In this document: piece by piece, positions 40,000 through 52,612 of the stretch
How positions within the stretch are numbered: the stretch's first letter is position 1
Layout of the letters: each line of letters starts with the position of its first letter
From: Ginglymostoma cirratum
Taxonomy: Eukaryota
Assembly (NCBI GenBank): GCA_024137785.1
Contig: JAHRHZ010000022.1
Location: 22,984,977-23,048,976 of the forward strand
Reading direction: 5' to 3'
Length of the DNA stretch: 64,000 bases
Position numbers and translations under genes: made by a program
Notes under the pieces: model-generated
What the model was told of the DNA's origin: nothing
The model's database searches: none
The model's input: the letters and a program-made list of their open reading frames with translations, nothing else

Positions 40000-40380
40000 C
40001 AGATCTTGATGTCAAAGTCAGAACTGACATTGCATTACAATGTTGAGGGAGGTGTTATATTTCTAGCGGACATCAAACCAAGGCAACATATACCTTTTTA
40101 GTTGAACATAAACGGTTCCATTGAGTTATTTTGAAGAAGAGCAGGACAGATCCCTGGAGTCCTGGTTCATATTTATCCCTTGATCAGCAATACAAAAACA
40201 GATTATCTGGTCATGAGCATATCATTATTTGTAGGAGCTTGCTATGTGCAAATTGGCTGCCACTATTCCAAAATTACAATAAAGACTGCTTGGCAGAAGT
40301 ACTTCATTTGTTGTAAAGTTCTTTAAGACATCTGGTAGTTGTGAAAGGAACTATATAAATGCAGTGATTTCTTTCTTCTT
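40000..40380 (+). mobile_element. SacSINE1-like DeuSINE
   Basis: Deu-like core ttgaagaagagcagg...atatttatccct...cagattatctggtcat and tail gaaagga.ctatataaatgca. Confidence 0.8.
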
Positions 40381-40612
40381 ATAGCTGGGGTTAAAAATAA
40401 ATGGTAATTTGGTCTTGTCATTAAAATTAGTACAGCTGAAACACAAAATGGCACAGAAACCCATTCCATTCAATAACTATTAGAATCAAAATGTTTTGTC
40501 TGAATGTAAGGTCCAGTATTGGGCATGACCAGGTTTATTTTCTATATAATTTATCATCTTGGACAGCTCTCGTTTGGCTCCTATTGGGACTAAAGAACTC
40601 AAGTGTCTTCAG

Positions 40613-41173
40613 AAAAACCAAAAGAATTGCAGATGCTGTAAATCAGGAACAAAAACAAAAGTTGCTGGAAAAGCTTAGTGGGTCTGGTAGCATCTGTTAA
40701 GAAGTATCAGAGTTAACATTTCAGGTCCAGAAACCCTTCCTCAGAACTGATGGTAGCTAGGAAAATGTTGGTGTATATGCAGAAGATAGGGTAGGGGAGG
40801 GAATAAGGAATAAATGATAGATGGGGATAGAGCCCAAAGAGAGAGAACAGTTGGATAGACAAAGGAGTTGATGAAGATCTGGCTAGGAGGGTGAATAGCT
40901 GTTAGTGGAGACTGTTAGTAGCTAACAACAGGTAGTGTGTAATGGCAGACTGTGACAACAAGGCCTGGTGTGTGGGGTAGGGGCCTAGGACATGGGAGAG
41001 TTCAGGCCCTAAAATTTATTGAACTCAATATTGAGTCCAGAGGGCTGCAGGGTCCCCAAACGGAAAGTGAGGTGTTGTTCTTCCAACTTGCACTGAGCTC
41101 CGCTGGAACACTACAGCGAGCCTGAGACAGAGATGCTGGCCAGGGAACAGGGTGATGTATTAAAGTGGCAGGT
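40613..41173 (-). mobile_element. 5'-truncated Penelope-like element, family B, with GIY-YIG C-terminus and terminal repeat
   Basis: Minus strand translates CHFNTSPCSLASISVSG...AQCKLEEQHLTFRLGTLQPSGLNIEFNKF*; TSD aagtg(t/c)cttcag at 40601-40612 and 41174-41185. Confidence 0.9.
40715..40744 (-). ncRNA. Minimal type-I hammerhead ribozyme motif (family B)
   Basis: AGUU CUGAGGA A GGGUU UCUG GACCU GAAAU GUU AACU; 4-bp stem I AGUU/AACU. Confidence 0.65.
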
Positions 41174-41409
41174 AAGTGCCTTCAGTCTTCTTTTATAACC
41201 CTGTTTTCTGATCAGCCTCTGAGCTGTTCTCAGCTCTGCTTCAATGATCACAAAACAGCCACCTAAAACAGAAAGCGTAGAGAAAGCCAACCCCACACCT
41301 CACAACATGTACACTTGCCCCAGGACATTTTTTTTTAACAATTGTAGGAAGCCATCCCAAAGAACAATGACACACGAACAGGATTTCTTCCTGAAGTTAA
41401 AGCAGAGAA

Positions 41410-41825
41410 CCTCTTGAGAACATTCCACACTAAGTACTTCAGATGTTTGAACAGAATCAAGACGGCATTCCCAGTGCAGTACTAAGGGAGTGCTATACTG
41501 TGCGTGGAACCTTCTTTCACACAGGATGTTAAAAGAAGGCTGCACTTGCTCTGTCAGATGAACATCAAACATATCAAGGAAGAATAGTGACATTTACTCT
41601 GGCGTCCAGGCAAGTATTTATTCCTCAACCAACATCATGAAACAGATTATTTTGGTCATGTAACACTTTCTGTGAGAACATGCTTGCTGTGCACAAATTG
41701 ACTGTCATGTTTTCTACACTGTAACTGGGGCTGCACTTCAAAAAGAAGGTATTTCCTTGATTGTGAAGTGTTCTGGAATATCTTGAAGTCATATAGCTTA
41801 ATAAAAGCAAATACTTTTTTTTTCT
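41410..41825 (+). mobile_element. SacSINE1-like DeuSINE
   Basis: gtactaagggagtgctatactg core and cctcaaccaacatc...aacagattat. Confidence 0.75.
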
Positions 41826-42696
41826 TGCATCTTCAGGGATTTTCCTTCAATATATGAGCTTCATTCCCTTACCTTAATGCAGGTAAACCTTGGAAGAGTG
41901 TCAAATATCTGGACAGAATCCGAAGATCGTCAAGTCAAATTCTGAGGTATCAATGTAGCATTTCACTGTGCAATATTTGATCCAAACCAGTTCCATTCAG
42001 CAGGTGATATTGCCATACGCTCAAGCATCACAGAAGTATAATATTTCAATATCTTGTCAGTGCTGTAAGAGTTGTTTTTAGTATCTGATATGTCCAAGAG
42101 ACTCTCTGGAGTGGGAATTTTTGGATGTGTGATAATATTATTGTCCATAAGTGTCTTGTTTATTGGCAGCTGAAGCAAAAACATGACCTCTGTTTAAGTG
42201 ATCCGTGCGCACTGCATTTACGAGTTTAATTCAGAGCATGAAACCCACTGTTGAGTGCCAGATAGGGTTGTCCATTCTGGTCAGATGTCCATGGAAGATT
42301 TACCACATCTCCTCTGTCCATACATTACCGCCATTGCTCACATGACATGTCCATATCACAGCACCGCACCTTCCAATGACCAGAGCAGAAGTGGGAAGAC
42401 TCTTTATTACCTAATTAGAAGATTCTTGTCTGCGGTCAAGCATACTCCTTTCTCCAATGTTAATTGTATATTAATTGTGTTCAGTGGAGTCTAGTGGGGC
42501 TCAGTAACTGAGGATTCATTTGAGATCCGTATAAATACACACAGCCTAAAGCTGTGGTTGTTGACTAGGAGGTATGTGCTTATAATGCAGGACTCTACTT
42601 TTACTGTTCATCAATTGGCTTTCTGAAGTAGAACATTTAATATTTTTGTAGCAAGTAAACTAATAATCATGTCCAAGACATTCTTTTCTTTAACTG

Positions 42697-42856
42697 AGAT
42701 AACAAGGTGTGGAGCTGGAAAAATATTTTCTGAAGAAGGGTGCGGACCTGAAACGTCAGCTTTCCTGCTCCTCTGATGCTGCCTGGCCTGCTGTGTTCAT
42801 CCAGCTCCACACCTTGTTATCCCAGATTCTCCAGCATCGGCAGTTCCTATTATCTC
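42697..42856. mobile_element. Penelope-like element, family A, with a short inverted arm
   Basis: TSD ttttctttaactg at 42684-42696 and 42857-42869. Confidence 0.9.
42730..42757 (+). ncRNA. Minimal type-I hammerhead ribozyme motif
   Basis: CUGAAGA A GGGU GCGG ACCU GAAAC GUC. Confidence 0.7.
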
Positions 42857-42879
42857 TTTTCTTTAACTGCACCTATTAT

Positions 42880-44480
42880 GGGCAGAATTTTATAGGGGCC
42901 TGAGCAATGTGAATTATGGTGTGATTTGTAGGTGAAGTCTGGTGAGGTCTATCTCAATGTTGGAGGCTTTTATGCTTTCTCTGGGTGGGGGTGGTGGTGA
43001 GGTGAGTTTCTTACCAAGCAGTGGTGAGTTGCAAATGAAGGGGGATTTTATAGCTTGTTAAACACCTGATCAAACTACATGCTGACAGCAGCCATGCTTT
43101 GCCTTGCCTGTTAAAACACTGGTGCTACATCCAGAGACAGAGGCTATCAGCACTGCCACATTGATGCAGGCTGTCTGCAGGTCCTTGTACCATCTATCAT
43201 GGGAACAGTCCACACACAGCCCAGGAGCTTGGCCCTGTTCACGTCCACTTGGGTCACTCGTGATCAGGGATTTTGTCTGATATCAGTGCAGGAGTGTGCT
43301 TAGTCAAACATCAGAGGGCAGCGATCTGTTCTGTATGTCCTGCACCGGCAGTCAATGGGTAAGATCCCATCAGGTATGGAGCTGCAAAGACAGTGGTCAG
43401 GCCTTTGCTGGGTCACTGTCCAGGGGCTGTTTGTTGATGTTGGTTGGAGAGCAGAGTGAATACGGTCCTGTGAGGTTGCGAGTGCGCCGTGGGACATGGG
43501 GAGAATCGCAGACAGTAGATGGGGCGGGGGTAGTCAAGGCTGGTGGGGGAAAGCAGAAAGCATTTATCAAATTGGGACAAAGACAAGGGGGTTGAATGGG
43601 AGGGCATGCAGAACAGCATCGGAGGCATGGTAGGCTGTGGGAGGGGTGGTTATCAGCAGAGACCATCACCTTGGCCTCCACAGCATAGAAGACAAGAGTG
43701 GGCATCATTCGGGGCAATGTCAAGGATCGGGGTAGAGAGTACAGCTGGAGGCAAAGTTCAATGTGATGGGTCTCCACATGAAGACAGTTGGTAAAAGTAT
43801 GTAGTGGGGTAATGCGAGGTAAAAGTGGACATGCAGTTTTCAAGGATTTGGAGGTACCTGGCAGCCAGGCGGTGCCCAGTGCTGGCGGTATCCAATGCAA
43901 ATTGCATTCCCTGCCACCACTTGTCCAACTGTAAAGCAAAATGGAACTGGAAAATGGCTGGGACAACACTCAGGGTGGGCAGAGTCTGTCAGTATGTTGG
44001 GCAGAAGGGTGGGATTGTGCATTTGCAAATTCTAATGCCATTTCTAAGGACAGGTAAACAGTATTGGATGGTGATTAAACAGCAACAAGGATGAGAGAAT
44101 GGGGTAGTATGGATAAGGGAGTGTCAGCCATGCTGGCTATGAGCTGTAAGCTGTATGGTTTGGTGACTACTGTGCCATGATGTAGCTGGGGCGGTGGGTA
44201 ATATCAGATTGCCAACACTTGTCCAGGTACACAGCAGGCTTTTAAGAATGCGCTGGGGACAAGGAATTCTGGTGTTTCTGGTGGATATCCATTGAGTGGT
44301 GAGTTATTGTGGGAAAAGCGCGTGGTAATGTGAGGCTAGAATCAAATGCGAGAGTGTTAAAACGTGAATGCCATAGTGGGCTGGGTAAGTAGTTAATGAG
44401 GTGAGTTTGGTAAGATATGGCGAAAATTCTCACGATGAGAATCCATCCAAAAAATTAGCTAAACAAATGCAAAAATCAGC
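42880..44480 (-). mobile_element. Probable Harbinger/PIF-derived DNA transposon remnant
   Basis: Begins gggcagaatttt (TIR-like); GC-richer; 44380-44420 is antisense to 47245-47275 and similar to 48725-48760. Confidence 0.45.
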
Positions 44481-46204
44481 TCATTATATCCATGTGTCTC
44501 TCTCTCTCTCCACAGAAGCTGCTAAACCTTCTGAGTATTACCAGCACTTTTCGTTCTTATTTTAGGTTTCTGCAGAACGTTGATTTTGTGTTTGTAAGGA
44601 ATGGAGATCCCAGGGTACCACCAGCTGTTCTTAGATGAGTCATTGCCTATGGGAGAGGAGGGCTGAATACTGAGGAGCTGAAAGGAAAGCTTGATGATGT
44701 TGGATAACCTCTTGATCAAGTGTAGATGAAGCCCACATCAATCAGCAAATAATCTGCAGTAGAACAATCACCTTGATCTGAAAATTTACCACAAGCAGAG
44801 ATAAATCCCATGATAACATAAGTAAATGAAATGAATCCACTAGAGGGAAAATTCTGCCTGGCTGGGGAAGAAATGCACAAAATGGTATTTTCTCCTTCTT
44901 TACTTTCTTCAATACTTATGCCAAAATTAAAAGGGAATTGTTGTCTCTGCTGCTTGATGGTCTAATGATCTGAAACAAACATTTTAAAAAGGTGACCTGA
45001 TGGTCTTCCTTCTTGGAATGGGATCATCGGGAACTGAGGCTAGACTCCTCCTGGTCCTGCCAAGGTAGGCCTGAGGGCAGAACTGGGAGCAAACCTGACC
45101 CTGAGGGTGTTGGGTCAGTGGCTAGATGCTAATCTGCCTCTTTGGGTGATCGCATCAGAGGAGAGATCATACTGGATTCAGAAGAAACTGCCCAGCAGAG
45201 CCTCAGAAATGAACAATGGCAACTTGATTCCCCTAGGACTGTGTTTCCAGTAGATCACAACTAAAGATACAGGGTGTCCTGTGAAAGGATATCTCCTCAA
45301 CAGTATTGGCCTGGCAATCATGACAACACTAACTTTTAAATATTTTTTCAGATCTTCAAAAGCTACTTCCAAAGTGAGACACCTTTTGTCTCCCTCACTG
45401 GCTGTGCCACCCTCTCCCAGTGGGACATGCTGGGTGCTCGGAACCTTCCCATTGGTCCTTCTTTGCTCGGAGAAGCTCCAAAAGAGACTGGGCAGATAGC
45501 AGATGGAATGCACACAGCTTTGGGGTCAGGACTCACGTATGACCCAGAATGAGGAGAGATGATTCGGCCCCTTAAATCTCCCAATCTCCCCATGATCAGG
45601 TAGATCCATAAGTTGCTGAGCATTTTTCAGTTCAAATGCATTGCCAGCTCAAACACCCCTAAGCCTTTCTGATGGCTGCTAATGGTACCCTCCCACATGT
45701 ACTTTCTCAATTCAAGCCTAATCCCATTGGACTGTAATCTAAATCAAGGCCCTGGTCATCTCTTTGACAGGAATTTCAGCTCCTCAGAAATCAAGATCAG
45801 AGAGTTAATAAAGAGGTTGTCAGAAATGAAGACATCATCTCATACATACACAGCGAAGGCAAGGTGCACTGCCAAGCCAAAAGTAAGGATTTCAATAGAC
45901 ATTCTATCTCATCCACGCTGTACCTGAGATGGCTTGAGGCTGTCAGTGGAGAAATTATCAATCACGTTACACTGTCATCCGTCACCTTGACGAGAGACAC
46001 AGTCCTGAAGAACAAATCCTCTTCCCTGTGGATTGAGACTGAGCCTCCGCAAGGAGCAGACTCTCAGAAGAAAAAAATAGATACAAGCTGCATATTGGCT
46101 GCTGCTGATGGAGTTCTGGCACAGTAAATGCATGCAGGTTGGAGGCCAAGTTGTGCATTATAATTAGATTATGCATGATGCAGATAAGTGTGTCACGATA
46201 GCAC

Positions 46205-46620
46205 AAAGGAACACTTGCATTTACGTAGCACCTTTCAGGGCCTCAAGACATCCCCAAAGCGATTTGTGGACTATGAAGTACTTCTGATGTGCACTCACTG
46301 TTCTAATGCAGGAAACATGGCAGCAAAATTTGTGCAGAGGAAGCTGCCATAACCAGTCATGTGGTAACGACTCGATTATCTGTTTTTAGATGTTCTCTGA
46401 GGCATCAACATTGGCCAGGAGCCTGGGGACAACCTCCCTGACCTTCTCTGAAAAATGACAGAGGACATTTTCCCAAAGAAGGTGGGCAGGGTTCTGTTTT
46501 TTTGCTGGTGTCTAATCAGAAAACATCACCACTGGTGGAGTGGCACTGTCCCAGTGTTTCACTGGAGCTTTGGCCTAGAGTATTGGCTCAACCATGTGGA
46601 TTGGGGCTTAATTACAATTA
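46205..46620 (-). mobile_element. SacSINE1-like DeuSINE
   Basis: Antisense tail acttgcatttacgtagcacctttc...atgaagtactt. Confidence 0.75.
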
Positions 46621-47154
46621 ACAGTGAACTACATTAGCAATATTTCCAAATTTCTGAGAATTCCTAAATTTTAAAGAAAAAGATCACACAGAAGAGGGCA
46701 ACACTGGAGAGTAGAGACAGGATGATGGGCTGATGATGGCAGCGGGTGTGTGGAGTAGATGGAGCACAAGGTGAGGAGACATGAGGTAGAGAGTGGGTGA
46801 GGTGGAGGAAATGTGTAGTAAGGAGGCACAGGTTGGAAGGGTTCATGAAGCAGAGGATTGCATGAGTTGGAGGGGGCATGAGTTGGAGAGGATATGAGTT
46901 AGAAGGGGCACAAGCTGGAGGCGCTAAGGGGTGAAGGTGACATGAGCTGTGTGGGCCATTATTGTGATGTGATGTACCTTTCAAGGAGTGTATTGTCACC
47001 CTTCAGTCAATCAGTACCACATTGTCATTGTGTTACGTTAGTTCTGTGACTTGTCATCTCTCTGCAAGAAGCAAGATTAACAATTAGGTACATTCACTTA
47101 GCCTCCTAGTTAACATTACTTGTATGGGGTTTTTTGTTCAAACAAAGATCACAT

Positions 47155-47600
47155 GGGGCTGAATCTTATGATATTTTGTGTGTTGTTTTCATAAAAGGCT
47201 TGAATCTGCAAAGGCCAATGCATCTTCTTACATAATTGACCCAAATTTACTTCATTAACTACTTACCCACCTCTATGTTGTCCCCCCCTTGACTGATGCT
47301 AGACCAATTCCACTATTCGCCATGACTGGAAATATTTGCCATTGCCGGGACATCCAGGAATGGAACATAATCCCTGGCATGGGTGCTATCTTTAAAAGCC
47401 CATGGTACACCTGGATACGCACTGTTAGTACAGAGTTGCCCTGTACAGTTTCTGATGTTTGCCTCGGAATTGACAGAGAGAGGGAAATTGGTGCCTCGCT
47501 TTGCTAACAGTCACCTGGATGTTTTGGTGGAAGGGGCTGTGTGGAGAGGATTGTTTCCAACCTAGCCCCGGACTGGGAGACACAGTCGCACACTCACATC
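47155..47600 (+). mobile_element. Harbinger-like left end with Myb/SANT-like ORF start
   Basis: ggggctgaatctt terminus; GKLVPRFANSHLDVLVEGAVWR.LFP resembles the PRF...LEVLV..V..R...LFP start of Harbinger-associated Myb/SANT proteins. Confidence 0.5.
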
Positions 47601-48834
47601 AGAGTCAAAGGCCAACTAAGCATGAAACAATCATTTAATCCTGCGCTGGGGTGATCACTGCTTTGTCAGATCCTGCCACTCGTTATTTAAAGCCAAGTGC
47701 ATGCTTTGCAAATTGCTCCCTTGGGACACACGTAAATGTATTTAATTTTGTCCAAAATAAAATGGAAGCAATTTATTTACTGCTGAAGTGAAAATCCATT
47801 ATAAATATTAACTTTCATCAAGGAAGAGGCAGAGGCAACGGGAAGCAGAGTAATGAAACCATTTGGGTTAAGGGTGGAATCTCCTGCTGACAAACTGAGG
47901 TGGTTTTGTTACTTCCAAATGGAATTAAAATCTTATTGAAGTGAAATCAGCAAATACTTTAAATACACAGCAGGCATTAAAAGAGGCAAAGAGGCTGATA
48001 GATTTTCTTTCATTCCAGTCTGTTTATAATCTAACAAATGAAAAAGGAATAACTTTATTAAGATTTAAAACACAATGACATTGGCAATTCAGTCCCTAAG
48101 GAAACTCCACGCTCAGTGGTCTGACTAGGCAGTCTGTATCCCACCAGTTGCTACTTGGTACACTGTGATGGTGTGCTGCTGCAGTCTATGTGCAGTAGGT
48201 AGACCCAAAATGCCATTATGGAGGAAATTCCAGGATTTAGACCCAGCGACAGTGAAGGAACTGCAATAGTTAGAGGTGGTGTGAATGATTGAGAGTGACA
48301 GTGTGGTTATTGAGACAGTGACAGTGGCATGCAGAATGGGACTTACTTTGTTAAAGTGAAATGAATGTTTCTGCATCCCTGCAAGTCTGGTTCTTACAGG
48401 GGCAAGGATTCTCTTGTTTTGGAGATGCCAAATGTCTGGCATACCCCTTCCTTTGTACCATCCTGTCCACCAGGACACTCAGATCCCTGTCAGAGAATCA
48501 CAGCTAGCTTCTCCTTCTCTGCCATGTTCTGGCTCTGTCCTTTCATGATCAGGGCAGCTTTAGAATGCCAATGCTCACCTGAGTGCGCTGCGGCATTTTT
48601 ACCAATGGCATGGGTGGAAGGAATGCTGGTCTTTCAGCAGATATCTGCTGAGAGACAGGTTGTGCTGAGTAGAGCGTCAAGCAGGATGAGGCAGAAATCA
48701 GATGTGATAGATGCTATAAGCATGGGGTGGGTAAATGATATGGTGAGTTTGGTAAGGTCCGGTGAGAAACTTACTGGACCATATGCACACAAATCAGACT
48801 TAGCCAAAAAAAAGTACCATTCATCCCTTAAAGA

Positions 48835-49035
48835 AGAGGAAGTGGTAGAGGTGAGTACAGTTACAACATTTAAAAGACATTTGGACAGGTACGTGGAAAG
48901 GAAAGATTTAGAGGGACAGGGGCTAAATGCAGGCAAATGGGACTAGTTCAGTTTAGGAAAAATGGTCAGTATGAATGATTTGGGCCGAAGGGTCTGTTTC
49001 TGTGCTGTGTGACTGTATGACGCTATGACTCTACA
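48835..49035 (+). mobile_element. CR1 LINE extreme 3' end
   Basis: EEVVEVSTVTTFKRHLDRY, UTR and a ctatga-repeat tail. Confidence 0.9.
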
Positions 49036-49559
49036 AGAAGTCATGTTCTAACTTTATTTGATATTCAATATGGCAGGATTTATTATAATGTAATTTAGAA
49101 TTCATTTTTACCATAAATATTCATAAACGATTATAACAATTTTGCAGTCAAATAAATTTATATCCTCACTAGCCCACATTGACATAACAATATCCTAGAA
49201 TTCTTTAGTTAGGATTCTAAGTTGTAAACTTTAAACAAGAATTGTTTTCTGTCATAACATATATATGTAGATATATTCTAACCCGAGCTAATTTTGTTGG
49301 TTTGAAAACTCCTGGGGGCAAGGGAAGGCAGGGGTGGTAGACACTTCACTACACTACCCAGTATGTACCTGGTAAAAACTGACTAAGTTAATTTACGATC
49401 TGAAATTTCTCTTGCTTGAGATTTTAATCAAATACTAAGATGGACAGAGTTGGTTTACCTTGCTGAGGGGAAAGATAATAGAACCATTAACAACCATAAG
49501 GTCAGTACAATGGTCAGCACTAATTGTGATCCTCACATACTGAAGCAGTCCGTGTCCAT

Positions 49560-49965
49560 ACGCAGTAACATCGCAGTAACATGGGCAGATAAGTGACAGG
49601 TATCGTTCACACAACGCAAGTGCCAGACAATGATCATCTCCAAAAGAGACATTCAAACCATAATCAATTGAAAGTCAATGGCCGTGTCATCGCTGAATCT
49701 TCCTCTCTCAATACCCTCAAGTTATGACTGACCAGAAACTGAATTGGATCAGCCATGTAAATACCTTGGCTACAACAGCAGGTCAGACACTAGGAACCTG
49801 GGTCAACATTCTGGTACTTCCTAGCAATACTGTGGGTGTACATAACAAACTGAGGACTGCCACAGATCTGAAGATTGCTTATCACCAGTTTCTCAAGAGC
49901 AGTTAGGGATGGGCAGTAAATGCTGACCTAGCCAGTGACACCCACATCTTATGAATGAAAGAAAA
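49560..49965 (+). mobile_element. Internally deleted fragment of the 3983/12220 LINE family
   Basis: gaccagaaactgaattggatcagccat and 3' end ttagggatgggcagtaaatgctg...atgaatgaaa. Confidence 0.7.
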
Positions 49966-50126
49966 TGAAATTAGCTATTGGCCAATACTCTGGCAATTTT
50001 ACCTTTGACAAACAAGTTTTTATGTTTGTAAATATGAGTCATCTGCTATGCAGCTTTTCTTCTCGGTTTAAAAGTTACTATTGAATCTGCCCCTTCAGGT
50101 GACCATGCATTCCAGGTTGTATCTCC

Positions 50127-50252
50127 AGAGCTAATAGGTACCGCAGATGCTGGAGAATCCGAGATAACAAGGTGTAGAGCTGGATGAACACAGCAGGCCA
50201 AGCAGCATCATAGGAGCAGGAAAGCTTGACGTTTCGGGCTTGGACCCTTCAT
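50127..50252 (-). mobile_element. Penelope-like family A single arm, truncated inside the hammerhead core
   Basis: Matches 59840-59962 and stops at ...cccttcat, so the CUG of the core is missing. Confidence 0.85.
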
Positions 50253-50279
50253 GTTTCTATTCTGTTTCCAATGGAAGGA

Positions 50280-50895
50280 CTGGCATGGAGACATCCTTAG
50301 AAACCAGCTAACATAGGTCACAGTGGGATGGAGGAGGAGATGGAACAGAGTACTGTGATTCATCTGCACCTGCCACTTGCACCCTACTCCTCAGCTGTGA
50401 CTCGAGAATAGCCTCTCACACCAGCATTACTCCCTCTTTGTGGGGGACAGGAGGATAGAGGCTAGGGAGGAAACTACTGGTCACCAATTTTCCTCTGCTG
50501 CTTACAGCGGCTCTCCTTTCAGACAGAAGGCAATGAAGTGAGAGTGACCTCTTGTTGCCATGGGATACAGTCAAATCCCAGGCGTTATTAGCATGCAGAA
50601 CATAATGGGAGCAATGACAGATGCTTGCAGCAAGCAAGCAATTATATACCACTTGATGCTTTTAGTGGGGTGAAAGCACATAATAATGTGTGTGAAGAAA
50701 CAGTTGTAGGTGAAGGTTGTGTGTATAGTGATCCCATGCTACCTGAGGGGCACTGATAGCTAGCTGCTGGAGTACTTCACCATGCTGAGGGAGAGATGAT
50801 TGTAAGTTGTGAGCATGTTTACTGCAGTAGCTGGTTCCTTTTACTTCATCTGACCTGGTTAGGTGATTATATTCTTTGTTGAACTGAATTGTCAC
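50280..50895 (-). mobile_element. Possible Harbinger Myb/SANT ORF remnant
   Basis: IQFNKEYNHLTRS resembles the QC.K.FNDL.RS end of the Myb/SANT domain; weak match. Confidence 0.3.
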
Positions 50896-52514
50896 TTGAT
50901 TTTCAGAAGCTCATGCTCAGGGAGTCAGCATTGTGGTCAAGATTAGCATTTATTTATCCTCAGGAAGGTAGTGGTTGGCCTTCTTTCTGTGACCATTACA
51001 TTCTGCACCATGCTGTTAGGGAGGGAGATTCACCATCATGGCCTAATGCCGAAGAAAGAACAACCAGTACACATTCCAGTCAGATGAGTGTGACTTTGAG
51101 GGGAACCTGGTGAGGATGAAGCCCTCAGTCAGTCTGCTACCTTTATACTTTGAGGTAATGATGGTCTCCTAAAAAAACACATTGACATTTTACCAGCAAT
51201 GCTTCCAGTAGAGACACCATGTAGTCATAGTATATCAGACTTAGAAGGAATGGATATTCAGGTTAATTGATCAAATGGTTTGTCTTTTTCTCCCCCCGGA
51301 TGGTATCCAGCATTCCTGAGTGCTATGGGAGCTATAGGTAGGTAATGAGGAGTATTCCATCCTACTCCTTCCGTGTGCTGCGTTCTTGATGGAGTGGCTT
51401 TGCAGAGTCATGATGTGAAGAGCACACTGTAGGACATTCCGGCTAAGACTGGAAAGTCCACTGTTCTCCAGCTTGGGCTTTAGCCTGAGCCTGAGAAGAC
51501 TTAAGGTGATAGCCAGGGATTTTGGTTAGGGAGGGCTCAAGAGACCCTGGCCGGGGTTGGGGGGTGTCGGTGATGGTGTAGGTGGGTGTTGGGGTGGAAG
51601 AGTGATGGCATGGTTTACAGACCGGGAAGCACAAAGGGGTGGGCCACCATCTCAGCGTATGTCCCTGATCGGAACAGGAATCAAAGCAAAGGAGATCATC
51701 TCTGCCTCCTTTTAGCCTGATCACCAACTGGTTCTCTTAATTCTGCCTTCCTCAGCCTCTGATATTAAGGCGGTGGAAGCAGAATGAAGTCCAACGGGTT
51801 GCAAACTGCCTAACGTTAAACCCACACCACTCACTCCCCTCCCACCCCATCAAAATATGAGGGAGAGGTCAGGACTAGGCAGGAAGACAGTGGCTGCCCA
51901 CCTGCTTTATTTCCCATGTCCCCCACCCACCCACCCACCACTTCAGGTAAGATGGAGGGCAAATATAAAATCTACTGCACTGACTCCAGAGAAACTGACT
52001 AACAAAAAGAGGTGAAAACCCTACATCTGCTCAGTCTCAGTGACGTGGACATCAGCTGTTTCCCTGCAGAATTAGCACAATTTGCAAACAACTGACTGGG
52101 GCAGGGGTGAGGGTCATTGCATTGTGATTGGCACCGCTCTTGGCTCCCTCCTGGCAGTTCATTGCTGCCATAAAGTTTATCAATATTGACATTACTTCTC
52201 TGGCAGCACTAACCTTGACCTAATCCCAGCGGATAAAACTGGAAACTTTAAGTCAGGATTGATTGATCCCATTATCGTCTGATTACTACTTTTGCACCAT
52301 TACTTGAAATACTTGCATGGGATCATTCATCAGCTGAGGTGACAGACCGATGTCAACAATTCAAGCAATCTACAACACTCTGGGCTAGGTCGCAAATAGA
52401 GTTTGTTCAGGAACTCCAAAAGCCATATCTTTAATGGTCAGGTCACTACGTAAATGATATAGAGAATAACTGCACAATCACTTTGAAACTGTGTAAAATA
52501 TTGTGTCAAATACT

Positions 52515-52612
52515 GTTCTGAGGAAGGGTCACCAGACCCCAAACGTTAATGCTGATTTCTCTTCACAGATGCCATCAGACCTGAGCTTTTCCAGCGATTT
52601 CTGGTATTGTTT
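52515..52612 (+). mobile_element. Penelope-like family B terminal fragment with mutated hammerhead
   Basis: CUGAGGA A GGGUC ACCA GACCC CAAAC GUU at 52518-52547; catalytic G12 replaced by C. Confidence 0.8.

Noticed and set aside
43296-44094. Cluster of overlapping ORFs up to 190 aa
   Set aside because: GC-rich transposon-derived sequence with few stops in several frames; no coherent protein.
48365-48946. 193-aa ORF
   Set aside because: Chimeric read-through of a Harbinger-like end into a CR1 3' fragment.
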